A program made the position numbers and the translations under genes. This document shows, one piece after another, positions 10,134 to 19,348 of a stretch of DNA of 64,000 nt. This DNA is from a virus (lineage: Duplodnaviria > Heunggongvirae > Uroviricota > Caudoviricetes), in IMG/VR virus record IMGVR_UViG_2718217807_000001; one strand, 5' to 3'. Under the pieces are notes generated by a model. That model was not told where the DNA came from. It did no database searches and saw nothing but the letters and a program-made list of their open reading frames with translations. Each line of letters starts with the position of its first letter. Position 1 is the stretch's first letter.

Positions 10134-10826
10134 ATGACTCCAAGAGGAATACGCAACAACAACCCAGGCAACCTTGATAACACGAATCCGTGGCAAGGTC
10201 TGGTTAACAACCCGGCAGAGCCTCGCTTTGCCACCTTCAAAGATCCAACGTGGGGTGTGCGTGCGCTGGCCGTCACACTCATCACCTACCACGACAAGCG
10301 GAAGGCGAAGGACGGTTCTCGCATCGACACGATCCGCGAGGTCGTTGAGCGCTGGGCGCCGCCGGTGGAGAACGACACTGAAGCGTATGTGCAAGCTGTG
10401 GCAAAAGCCGTCGGTGTCTCCCCGGATATGGAAATCGACCTGCATCAGTACGAAATTATGCGCCCGGTCGTGGAGGCGATTATTCGCCATGAAAACGGCA
10501 AAGGCCCACTGCGTACTGAGAACACCTGGTACAACCTGGATGTGATCGAAGAGGGCCTTCGTCGCGCCGGTGTTGTTAAGCAGGTGAAGATTGCGGCGTC
10601 CATCCCTGTGACGAAGGAAACTGCTGGCGCAACGATGACAGCGGGCATTGGTTTGGCGCAGCTGGCCGATGTCGCTCCACAAATCAGTACCGCTATGGAT
10701 AAGGCCCAGGGCAACATTACCAGCGGCGATACGATTCGAATCGTGTTTGGTGTGGCGACGATAGCGGTGGCGGTTTTCATTGCCATCTCCCAGGTGCGGA
10801 AATATCAGCGAGGGGTGGTGCGATGA
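10134..10826 (+). CDS. Putative endolysin-like cell-wall hydrolase with C-terminal membrane anchor
   Basis: N-terminal GIRNNNPGNL motif, recurrent in phage lysis and virion proteins. C-terminal TM helix. Located between the holin-like and spanin genes. Confidence 0.4.
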   Translation: MTPRGIRNNNPGNLDNTNPWQGLVNNPAEPRFATFKDPTWGVRALAVTLITYHDKRKAKDGSRIDTIREVVERWAPPVENDTEAYVQAVAKAVGVSPDMEIDLHQYEIMRPVVEAIIRHENGKGPLRTENTWYNLDVIEEGLRRAGVVKQVKIAASIPVTKETAGATMTAGIGLAQLADVAPQISTAMDKAQGNITSGDTIRIVFGVATIAVAVFIAISQVRKYQRGVVR

Positions 10827-11074
10827 TTGAGGGCTTAATCGCCCGATTTAAAGCGTTCGTGATGACGGCTTCGGCCGTCATTGCTGTGCTTTTCGGAGCG
10901 TATGTGTTAGGTGGTCGCTCGGCCAGGCGCTCAATGGAGATCCAGTCGCAGCAAGAAGAGAACAAGCGATTAAAGACTACCGTTGAGGTAAAGAATGAAA
11001 CGAATGATAAAGTCAGGCACATGGACGATGATGCCGTGGATAGTGAGCTTGCTGCTAACTGGATGCGTGATTAA
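10823..11074 (+). CDS. Inner-membrane spanin (Rz-like)
   Basis: 83 aa. N-terminal TM helix. Periplasmic coiled-coil with charged residues. The start overlaps the upstream stop. Confidence 0.6.
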   Translation: MIEGLIARFKAFVMTASAVIAVLFGAYVLGGRSARRSMEIQSQQEENKRLKTTVEVKNETNDKVRHMDDDAVDSELAANWMRD

Positions 11075-11228
11075 GCCACAGCAAGGGCTTTTGTTTTGCG
11101 AGACGGCCAGCCCAATCTATCTCAGCAAGGAAGACAAGTTGACCCAAGAATCAAAACGTCAAATACTGGCACATGATATCGTCGGTGAGCGCGTTTGTGG
11201 GTGGGGGCACTCCAATCGCACCAGTTAA
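10995..11228 (+). CDS. Outer-membrane spanin lipoprotein (Rz1-like), nested in the +1 frame at the 3' end of the i-spanin
   Basis: Lipobox LLLTGC after a signal peptide. 77 aa. Embedded/overlapping architecture typical of Rz/Rz1. Confidence 0.6.
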   Translation: MKRMIKSGTWTMMPWIVSLLLTGCVIKPQQGLLFCETASPIYLSKEDKLTQESKRQILAHDIVGERVCGWGHSNRTS

Positions 11229-11231
11229 TGG

Positions 11232-11264
11232 AAAACGCCCCATAATTGCTTAGGGGCGTTTTGT
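11232..11264. terminator. Bidirectional rho-independent terminator
   Basis: Hairpin AACGCCCC-N11-GGGGCGTT flanked by an A-run and a T-run. Lies between convergent genes. Confidence 0.6.
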
Positions 11265-12452
11265 CTACTCGTTGTAATATACTAGATATTGGCATTCAAC
11301 TTTTATGGCTCTTCGCAGAAAAAGAGTCGCATTGTTTACATATTCCTTTTCTGATGCATTGATGCGATTTTTCAGACCATGCACAATTGCAGAGCGTAGT
11401 TCATAAGCTTTTTTAAGTTGTTTTTTTATTTCCTCTCTATCGTCCATGCCTTTGCCGATAAGATAAGAACACCTATCAGACAATGTTTGTGTTATACCGA
11501 CACCTTGTTCCCTTTTGTCGCCTAACAATGCTTCTAGGCCCATGCATATTTGAATGAATGACATGGTTTCATCCATAACCATCTGCGAGTTCATATACCA
11601 ATCCATTGCGGATTTTATATACATGGCTGATTCAGAACTATCACTTATCAATGAATTGATAAATGATAATTTTTCTATTGAAAGGTGTTTTTTATTTTCA
11701 TTGATCTTTAGGTCGTCTAGGAAATTAGATATTTGCAACGGCAGTACGTAATCTTCAGTTATTTGATCGTGGCTTTTGTTTTTTATTTTTGCTGTCAGTA
11801 TTGGAATGCTCTTGGTCCTTCCAGGAAGGGTTTCTTCAAAGCGATACTTATGTATTAATAGTTTGCTCTTGGTTGTGAATATTCTGTTGGTCATGAAAAC
11901 GTATAAAAAAACATTAAAGTCTTGTAGATATGGCTTAATCTCATGCGTGTTGTTTTTATGTGTTAGATACCCACTTCCGGATAATCTTAAATATCTATTT
12001 GTTATTAGATTAAATGGGGATTCATCATGGCCAAGACCAATTCCTAGATCCAATACTTCAATTTTATTAGGGTCGCCATTAAATGTTGGGATGTCTAGGT
12101 TGTGTAGCGGGATTGCGACTTTGTATTCGTGTGGCAATGCTGTAAAGTAACCGAAAAGATAATCGATTAATTCAAGCTTTTCATCTTTGGTTAATTTAAT
12201 GTTGTCATCTAATAATGGAGTAAATAAATTTCTTTTTAAACTAAATGATGTTACAGCATCAAAGAATGCCCAAATTGCTGTTTGTTCATCAATAGGTGGA
12301 GGGGTTTTATTATTTGGCTTTAATTTGTCAGTGAGAGTTTTAAATTTCTTTTGGGTTCCTTCTCTAAACGGTGTTCCATTGACTTTTACCACGACTTCGT
12401 CGACCAAGTCAGAAAAAATAATTTTGATGCTTTTGACCTGCTCAGGGTGCAT
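11265..12452 (-). CDS. HEPN-domain protein, Abi-like. AT-rich moron.
   Basis: 395 aa. C-terminal ELRSAIVHG (Rx4H) within a predicted helical ~110-aa domain. GC far below the backbone. Opposite strand to its neighbours. Confidence 0.5.
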   Translation of the reverse strand: MHPEQVKSIKIIFSDLVDEVVVKVNGTPFREGTQKKFKTLTDKLKPNNKTPPPIDEQTAIWAFFDAVTSFSLKRNLFTPLLDDNIKLTKDEKLELIDYLFGYFTALPHEYKVAIPLHNLDIPTFNGDPNKIEVLDLGIGLGHDESPFNLITNRYLRLSGSGYLTHKNNTHEIKPYLQDFNVFLYVFMTNRIFTTKSKLLIHKYRFEETLPGRTKSIPILTAKIKNKSHDQITEDYVLPLQISNFLDDLKINENKKHLSIEKLSFINSLISDSSESAMYIKSAMDWYMNSQMVMDETMSFIQICMGLEALLGDKREQGVGITQTLSDRCSYLIGKGMDDREEIKKQLKKAYELRSAIVHGLKNRINASEKEYVNNATLFLRRAIKVECQYLVYYNE

Positions 12453-12600
12453 TTGTTCGGCCTCGGAATTTTCAATTATTTGTGTAGATTATAACTTTTG
12501 TATTGAGTTCAGTCATTGACCTTTTTCGGTAGTCGGCATAACATTACACACATAAGAAAACATCTTGTTTTCAAAACTAAAGACGGTACAAGGCGAAACA

Positions 12601-13266
12601 ATGGATACCAGACTCATCATAGTTGGTGGGACGAAGGGCGGACCGGGTAAGTCCACCATCGCCCAGCAGGTAGCAGCCTGTTTGCAGCTCAAAAAGAAGA
12701 AGAAGGTTCACGTCACCGATATCGACATCCAGCGTACTACGACAACCTGGTGTGAGGATCGTCGCGGCAACAAGAAACTCGAACTGCTCCCTTTTGCCTT
12801 CGTCGGCAACGAAATAATCAAACACCTTCAATCGCTCAACGGTCGTTATGAATACATCGTAGTTGACGCCGGCGGTTTCGATTCTGAAATACAGCGTGAG
12901 GCCATGCTGATAGCTGACGCCATACTGATACCTCTTCGGCCTAAACGCAGGGACCTGAAGTCCTTGCGCGACATCGACCCGGTCCTTGAGAGCGTTAAAG
13001 CCGAGAACCCAGAGGTTCAGATCCGCGTAGTGATGAACCAATGTCCATCGCTTCCATCCCAGGTGTCTCGCATACTCGCATCAAAAGAAATTATCGAGTC
13101 GTTTGGTATCGAGCCAGTGCCAGTTAACATCTACAACCGAAATATCTACGACGATGCGGAAGAGGCTGGTCGCTCTGTTTTTGAAATGAAAGGCAAAGAA
13201 CGAGACAAGAAAGCTGAAGACGAAATTGAAGAGTTAGTTGATTATCTTATTAGTTTAGAGGGTTAG
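12601..13266 (+). CDS. parA: ParA-family partition ATPase (type Ib)
   Basis: Deviant Walker A GGTKGGPGKST. 221 aa. Confidence 0.8.
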   Translation: MDTRLIIVGGTKGGPGKSTIAQQVAACLQLKKKKKVHVTDIDIQRTTTTWCEDRRGNKKLELLPFAFVGNEIIKHLQSLNGRYEYIVVDAGGFDSEIQREAMLIADAILIPLRPKRRDLKSLRDIDPVLESVKAENPEVQIRVVMNQCPSLPSQVSRILASKEIIESFGIEPVPVNIYNRNIYDDAEEAGRSVFEMKGKERDKKAEDEIEELVDYLISLEG

Positions 13267-13270
13267 TGTC

Positions 13271-13645
13271 ATGAAAATGGGAAAAATGGGCGATCTCGCC
13301 AAGCGTACTGTTGAAGAGCAACCAGTTCAGGATACTGAAGCAAAAGCCTCTAATTCGCCAATGCGTTCACCTGTACGCCCGCAGGGTCGGCCTACCCGCG
13401 GGAAGTCCAGCATCAAAAGCCGCACAATGAGCATCGAAGACGAGTTCATCAGCCTTATCTCTGTCATGGAGAACGTCGACCGCTGGAACCGCTTTACTCG
13501 CTCTGACGTCATTCGCGCCGCCATCATGAATCTGGCAAGCGAGTCACCTAAGCAGATCGCGGAAACCATCGCCGTACTTCGCGAAACACCAGCCTCTGAA
13601 GCTGAGATGCGCGGCGAACAAATTCGCCGTGAGCTGGAGCAGTAA
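13271..13645 (+). CDS. ParG/ParB-like small partition partner protein
   Basis: 124 aa, immediately downstream of parA. Basic disordered N-terminus and helical C-terminus, as in ribbon-helix-helix centromere binders. Confidence 0.45.
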   Translation: MKMGKMGDLAKRTVEEQPVQDTEAKASNSPMRSPVRPQGRPTRGKSSIKSRTMSIEDEFISLISVMENVDRWNRFTRSDVIRAAIMNLASESPKQIAETIAVLRETPASEAEMRGEQIRRELEQ

Positions 13646-13726
13646 CATCGGCTTGTACCCCTTAATTAAAAGATTTTAAAAAGAGCTTTAAATACTATCT
13701 GGAGCCAGGTTAATTAAAGCACCAGA

Positions 13727-13750
13727 ATACCAACAGAATAAGGCGCTTTT
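13727..13750. terminator. Putative terminator hairpin
   Basis: AATAAGGCGC-TTTT-GCGCCTTATT, followed by a T-rich stretch. Confidence 0.4.
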
Positions 13751-13973
13751 GGCGCCTTATTCTTTGTGTCTGGGGTGTTATTAAAAGACCTTGCTCTGGT
13801 AGTTATTATATATCTCTCTTTTGTTTTTAAATATTATGGGGTACGAAGGAATCTCTATAAGGTTCCGGTTCAAGCCTCACCCAACCCCCTAAACAACCTG
13901 TCTTTTCCGCTTTCAAAACCCCACGCCAGCGTTTATCATCTGCGTCAAATAGTAAGTAAGAGCTTATTTAGGA

Positions 13974-14720
13974 ATGAAGCGATTATTAAACACACCAGAC
14001 GGCGAGAAGTACGAGTTCATGCGAGAGATGTCGACCTCCGACATGGACAGGTGGGTATCCGAGAACATTGGACTGTCCCGCTGCGCCGGTGAGACTGAAC
14101 TGTTTGCGACGAAGTGGTTCGACTACCGCAACATGCACCCACTGGTCGCTACCTGCCTGTTCTCTGAAATCTATAAGGTCGAGTACGCACGCATCATGCT
14201 CACGCACGGCCGCGAAGACTTCCAGCGAGCACCATACCGCATTGGTCTGAAGCGTGTTGCGTATCAGGATCACGGAATGGGCGTTAAGACGTCCCTTTGG
14301 CGTGCTCGTCAGTTTGCGGATAAGTATTGCTGTTCGTATGACTATTACATCTCAACGGTACTCAGCATCGCGGCGCAGCGTCTATGGGCGAATCTCCCAC
14401 GACCCCAGCATCTTTGGCAAGACGACCTTGTCGAGATATTCGAGCAGAAACTGGCCCGTCGCTCACAGATCCGCATCGACGATAGTATCTTCAGCTATCA
14501 CAACATGCCGCAGCTGGTGGCCCCGGAAATGCAGAAAGATTACTGCATGTGGGTTATCCGGCACATCGATGCGATGAAACCATCCTCTCGCGTGAATGGC
14601 CTCCTGTCAGCCGTATACCTACGAAAGCTGATACCTGAAGTAGTGGCCGCGAAACGCTATCCCAGCCTGATTGAAGACGCGAGAGATCTGTATTTGAGCG
14701 CCTACGAAGACGAATCATAA
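13974..14720 (+). CDS. Hypothetical protein
   Basis: 248-aa ORF. No recognisable motif. Confidence 0.45.
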   Translation: MKRLLNTPDGEKYEFMREMSTSDMDRWVSENIGLSRCAGETELFATKWFDYRNMHPLVATCLFSEIYKVEYARIMLTHGREDFQRAPYRIGLKRVAYQDHGMGVKTSLWRARQFADKYCCSYDYYISTVLSIAAQRLWANLPRPQHLWQDDLVEIFEQKLARRSQIRIDDSIFSYHNMPQLVAPEMQKDYCMWVIRHIDAMKPSSRVNGLLSAVYLRKLIPEVVAAKRYPSLIEDARDLYLSAYEDES

Positions 14721-14758
14721 TTTAGAAAACAAGTTGTTTAAAACAATAAGGAAAGCAC

Positions 14759-16120
14759 ATGACCACTACCTCTTCAGCGCTTGAAACTCCTGTCCACACA
14801 GGTCGAGCGCTTTCAGAAGAGTTCGACGCTGGGTTTGAAGACCGCCTAGCTTCGTACTACTGCCGTGACAGAGAGTTCCTGATGCGTGCTGGGGATCTTG
14901 TTCTACCTGAACAGTTCTCCAATAAAGCAAATGGGTATCTGGTTAACGTCGTCGCCGGCTATTTCCGTTCGTATAAAAGTTCGCCGTCGAAGGAATACAT
15001 CATCGACATGATTAAAGAAGCGAAGAAGCGCGGGAAAATCCGTGAAGAGTTCGTGCCTGAAATCGTCGATGCGATGAAGCGAATCCTTGGGGAAAAGCTG
15101 GAAGACACCGGCTACATGATTGACCGTGTTGTGACATTCGCGCGTTCGGTTGCTTTCGATGATGCGTTTATCAAGGCAGCAGAGCTGAAGGAGAAAGGCG
15201 AGTTCGAACGAGCGATGCAGGTCATGCAGAAGGTGGATCTGGTTGGCGCGTCCGATATGGATGATGTTTACAGCTTCTATGAGCGCTCAGGTGAACGTCA
15301 CGAGCGTCGTGAGTATGAAGCGTCAGACGACTACATCCCGAATAGCATCACAACCGGCATCCCATTGCTGGATAAAATGCTCCACCAGAAAGGCTGGGGG
15401 CGTAAAGAGCTGGTGCTGTTTATGGGCTTCGCGAAGTCTGGTAAATCGACGGCCATGGGTGAGTTCGGCATCAATGCCACGCTGAAAGGTCATAACGTCC
15501 TGTATGTCTCACTGGAGGTACATAAAGACATCCTTTCAGATCGCTGGGACGCCCGTATCTCTGAAACGGAAATGTCAAAGCTGATCGAGCGTCGTGATGA
15601 CATTGCGGAAAAGCTGCGTGCCGTTGGTGCTGATGGAAAAATTGGTGATATGTGGATTGTTGAGCGTCGCGCCAACACATTCTCACCTGCAGACCTGGAT
15701 CGCCTGTTAAACAACATGAAAGCAAACGGCATGATACCAGACATGGTCATCGTCGATTACGCCGACCTGATGCGAGCCACTACACCGACTAAAGACCCTC
15801 GGACTGATGTGAAGGACATCTATACCGATTTGCGTGCTGTTATGGATAAGCACGATGTAGCCGGTATGACAGCATCCCAGACCAACCGCGAAGGTGGTGC
15901 GGCGGAAGTAGCAACGATGATGCACGCCGCGGATAACATCGAGAAAGTGCGTATCTGTGACCTGATTATCTCTATCAACAAAACCGAAGAGGAAGAGGCT
16001 AAAGGCGAAGCTCGTTTGTTCTTTGCTGGTTCACGTAACCAGAAAGGCGGGATAAGTCTACGGGTTCTTCAGGATCTGGAGCAGATGCGGTTTATCAAGC
16101 GGATTATTGACGTGCTTTAA
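14759..16120 (+). CDS. DnaB-like replicative helicase
   Basis: RecA-fold C-terminal domain with Walker A GFAKSGKST and Walker B IVDYADLM. 453 aa. Confidence 0.7.
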   Translation: MTTTSSALETPVHTGRALSEEFDAGFEDRLASYYCRDREFLMRAGDLVLPEQFSNKANGYLVNVVAGYFRSYKSSPSKEYIIDMIKEAKKRGKIREEFVPEIVDAMKRILGEKLEDTGYMIDRVVTFARSVAFDDAFIKAAELKEKGEFERAMQVMQKVDLVGASDMDDVYSFYERSGERHERREYEASDDYIPNSITTGIPLLDKMLHQKGWGRKELVLFMGFAKSGKSTAMGEFGINATLKGHNVLYVSLEVHKDILSDRWDARISETEMSKLIERRDDIAEKLRAVGADGKIGDMWIVERRANTFSPADLDRLLNNMKANGMIPDMVIVDYADLMRATTPTKDPRTDVKDIYTDLRAVMDKHDVAGMTASQTNREGGAAEVATMMHAADNIEKVRICDLIISINKTEEEEAKGEARLFFAGSRNQKGGISLRVLQDLEQMRFIKRIIDVL

Positions 16121-16255
16121 AAAATAAAGGCGTTCCAAAACGGACCGCCTTAATTTCAAATCAGAAATTCAAGTTTTCTTTGTTGTTAAAACAACAAAAG
16201 AAAACACATGTACGGCCATATTAATTGATGGCCGGTCAAATGCAAGGTTTATCAC

Positions 16256-17371
16256 ATGTCAGATTTAAAAGAGCTATTAGAAGAGTTCGACTTTGAGCAG
16301 TGGCTTGATACTGAAGGCATCTCATATCGACGTGGCTCAAGGACAGCCAAAGGCCGGGAAGTTAACATCCGTGAATGCCCATGCTGTAAAAGCAGTAAGT
16401 GGAAGGTTTACTTCAATCTGACAACCGGTCTGGGAAAGTGCTTCGCGGGTGATCATCCCGAGGAAGTCCAGTTTAACAAGCTGAGCTTTATCAAATACCA
16501 CACCGGCGAAACGTGGCGCGGCGTTGAGCGTTACATTCGGAACGAGCTGATGCAGCAGGGCTGGCGCCCGAAAGAGGAAGAGGTCGAGCTGAAGTCCGAT
16601 GTCGAACTGACTTCTGAAGTAATCCTTCCGCCGCATTACCAGCTGCCAATCGAAGGCCAGTTACCCACATACCTCGTTGAGCGTGTCATTTCCCCGGAGT
16701 TGGCCAGCTATTTTGACCTGCGATACTGCGTGGAAGGCACACACGTCTATCTCGATGAACGTAATGGCCGGCCGCACATTCAATCCTTCGATATGCGTAT
16801 CCTGATACCAATTTATGATCTGGACGGGAAGATGCGCACGTACCAGGGACGTGACATCACTGGCGAGTCAGATCGACGCTATCTCTTCCCAATATCGCTA
16901 CCAGCATCGGGCAAGTTCCTCTACAACGGACACAACGCCATCGGGAAACGCACTGTAATCGTTTCTGAGGGGGCTTTCGACGTTATGGGTATCAAGCGTG
17001 CGCTTTTTGAGGAAGAGACGCTGAGAGAGTTTGTAGAGCCGGTAGGAACGTTCGGTATGCACTTATCCGGCACGCTCGATGGGGATGCTGACGATCAGCT
17101 GGGTGCATTCCTCAAGCTGAAGCAGCAGGGGCTTGAAACCGTCGTCATGATGTGGGACTCCGAGAAGCAGGCAATACACAACACATTCGGAGCAGCCAGG
17201 CGATTGGTTGGTATCGGATTGCGGGTGAAGATCGCGTGTCTTGGGGAGGAAGGACTGGACCCAGGCGACGCAACGGTTGAGCAGGTTCTCAAAGCGTACT
17301 ATCGAGCGAAGCCATACACCAAAATGCTCGAAATGATGGCGAAACTCCACGGGATTAAAGCACTGCTTTGA
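16256..17371 (+). CDS. DNA primase (zinc-ribbon + TOPRIM)
   Basis: CPCCKS...C zinc ribbon. TOPRIM motif VIVSEGAFDVMG. 371 aa. Confidence 0.7.
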   Translation: MSDLKELLEEFDFEQWLDTEGISYRRGSRTAKGREVNIRECPCCKSSKWKVYFNLTTGLGKCFAGDHPEEVQFNKLSFIKYHTGETWRGVERYIRNELMQQGWRPKEEEVELKSDVELTSEVILPPHYQLPIEGQLPTYLVERVISPELASYFDLRYCVEGTHVYLDERNGRPHIQSFDMRILIPIYDLDGKMRTYQGRDITGESDRRYLFPISLPASGKFLYNGHNAIGKRTVIVSEGAFDVMGIKRALFEEETLREFVEPVGTFGMHLSGTLDGDADDQLGAFLKLKQQGLETVVMMWDSEKQAIHNTFGAARRLVGIGLRVKIACLGEEGLDPGDATVEQVLKAYYRAKPYTKMLEMMAKLHGIKALL

Positions 17372-17436
17372 CCGACAAAAAGATAAGCATTTACTTATTA
17401 TTTTGTATAAGATCCACAAAAAACAAAGGAGAGCAC

Positions 17437-18345
17437 ATGTTAATCAAGAGCATTGATGATGCTGTCAGAAAGGCGGTAGCTGATGCGGGGGATGTATTTA
17501 ACGGTCAGGACATCGAGAAGATAATCCAAAAGGCGTGTGAGGAAGGTGCAAAGCGCATCGACCTCAAAATGCCCGTAACCATCGCGACGAAAGACGAGCC
17601 GTGGATTTACGTTTCATCGACCGTTACTATCGACCGCAATTTTGAGATTTATGTGATCGTCGATTTGTCCGACGTGTCCGAGGACTATCTCAAGGCGAAG
17701 GTGTATCAGGGCGTATTTCTGATGAGCAGACCACGACCAGCAATCTCTGTCTATGAGCGATCAGTGATGATTAAGGCAGAAGATTATGAGCAATACGTGG
17801 GCAGCAACGCGGTAAAGAACTTCGCAAAATTCATGAGCGTATCTAGTGCGCTGTCATCACCAGACCATGCAGAGATTCTTCGGTCGGTGGAAATGTCGCT
17901 GACGAGAGTCGTGGCTGTGATGTCTGAAATACCGTCTGTCGTTAGTGACGAAGAATTAAAAACCACAACCGCATCGACAATGAGCGTGTTCGAGGCCCCA
18001 ACTTACTCACGGTCATTCAGTCTCAATTCGCCACCTGGGATTGTCGATTTGATACTCGCCAATAATAGTGCTTCAGCGAAGACGCGTTTCAACGAAAGCA
18101 TCGACCGGCAGCTACTGTGGGAAGTCGATGGCGACATGGTCGAGCTGGAAGCTGTTAAGGCAGTGTCCAAGAGCTTCGGTGGTCTTTTTACGAAGCCGAG
18201 CAATATCATCACACGCCAAGGTTACAATAAATCTTCTGCGATTGCGGAAGGCAAGAGCTATGCCCTTGCTCACGTCCGTGAAGCCATTAAAAACGCAGAG
18301 GTCAACGCTCTCATCGCAAAAAACCCTCTCTGGGGTTCCTGGTAA
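17437..18345 (+). CDS. Hypothetical protein ending in NPLWGSW
   Basis: 302 aa. Preceded by the conserved AAAGGAGAGCACATG initiation region. Confidence 0.5.
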   Translation: MLIKSIDDAVRKAVADAGDVFNGQDIEKIIQKACEEGAKRIDLKMPVTIATKDEPWIYVSSTVTIDRNFEIYVIVDLSDVSEDYLKAKVYQGVFLMSRPRPAISVYERSVMIKAEDYEQYVGSNAVKNFAKFMSVSSALSSPDHAEILRSVEMSLTRVVAVMSEIPSVVSDEELKTTTASTMSVFEAPTYSRSFSLNSPPGIVDLILANNSASAKTRFNESIDRQLLWEVDGDMVELEAVKAVSKSFGGLFTKPSNIITRQGYNKSSAIAEGKSYALAHVREAIKNAEVNALIAKNPLWGSW

Positions 18346-18431
18346 CAACTCCCGCTAAAAAAAACTTTCATGCCTGCGCCAGAGCTTTAAACTGGCGCAA
18401 TGATAAGTAAACATTTACTATAAGAAACGCC

Positions 18432-18887
18432 ATGAAAACTGATTTCAGTAAATTCCCGTCTATCGGCGGCAGTAACAGCTATTCAATGTCATGCGAAGAA
18501 GTGCGCGTCAGCAAAAGCGCGGCTCGTGTCTCTTACTCTGTATGCCAGCACACTGTTCTGGCGTTTAAAGAGAAACGACTGCCACCAGGTTCATTCGCAG
18601 ACTGTGCCGCGGCCATCCGTGCTGGCAAATGCCAGGCAGTCAAAATGATGCTTGAAGAAGTGAAGTCAGGGGAGCGGATTTACTACATCAATGGCCTCGA
18701 AGAGATGCGTAAAGTGAGAGATGAGATCGAGCGATTTTCTTCGAAAAGCGCAGAGCGTCATCAACGTAATGCCTCTTTTGGAACCAGACTCTTGCCAAAA
18801 ACTGAAACAAAGAAACCCACCGTCCTCGTCGATATTTACGCCGAAGCGGTTAATGCAGAAGCAAACAAAACAAAGGAAAACACATGA
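18432..18887 (+). CDS. Hypothetical protein
   Basis: 151-aa ORF. Confidence 0.4.
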   Translation: MKTDFSKFPSIGGSNSYSMSCEEVRVSKSAARVSYSVCQHTVLAFKEKRLPPGSFADCAAAIRAGKCQAVKMMLEEVKSGERIYYINGLEEMRKVRDEIERFSSKSAERHQRNASFGTRLLPKTETKKPTVLVDIYAEAVNAEANKTKENT

Positions 18888-19348
18888 ACTATTTAGAGCT
18901 ACACGCAGGTATGCGCTGCCAGTTTATTCACAATGCGTCTGACAACCCTCAGTGGGTGAATTGCTCCATTAAGGCTATCTCAGACGAAGGCGTAGCGATG
19001 GGTGTGGATGTCATTGAAGAAGGTCATAAAACGATTTGGTTTGACCGCTATCAAGCTGAAGTGGATCTCGTGTTCCGTCCGGTGATTGACTTCACTATCA
19101 ACTGGCAGCATCACACCGGCAAACGCTACGACATGATCTGTGTAGCCAATGAGCGCACTACCAAAAAGGGGTTTGAGCGTGTTGTGGTCTATCGCAACTC
19201 AGAGACTGGTGAAGTATTTGCTCGACCTGTCGAAGAGTTCATCCAGAAATTCATTCCGGTTTCCGACCCGATGCCAATTGCGCCTGAGTCTGATGAGATC
19301 CTCGACTCCCAGCACGCGCCGGTAGTTGTTTCTGAGGGTGTTCGATAA
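18884..19348 (+). CDS. Hypothetical protein
   Basis: 154-aa ORF. The start is preceded by AAAGGAAAACACATG. Confidence 0.5.
   Translation: MNYLELHAGMRCQFIHNASDNPQWVNCSIKAISDEGVAMGVDVIEEGHKTIWFDRYQAEVDLVFRPVIDFTINWQHHTGKRYDMICVANERTTKKGFERVVVYRNSETGEVFARPVEEFIQKFIPVSDPMPIAPESDEILDSQHAPVVVSEGVR

Noticed and set aside
13766-14092. 108-aa ORF in the AT-rich gap after the partition operon
   Set aside because: Low-complexity translation, no RBS, and it overlaps the better-supported 13974 start. More likely noncoding (terminator/promoter region).
16118-16150. Possible terminator after the helicase gene (AAGGCG…CGCCTT)
   Set aside because: The stem would enclose a 13-nt loop and no clear T-run follows. 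Not confident.
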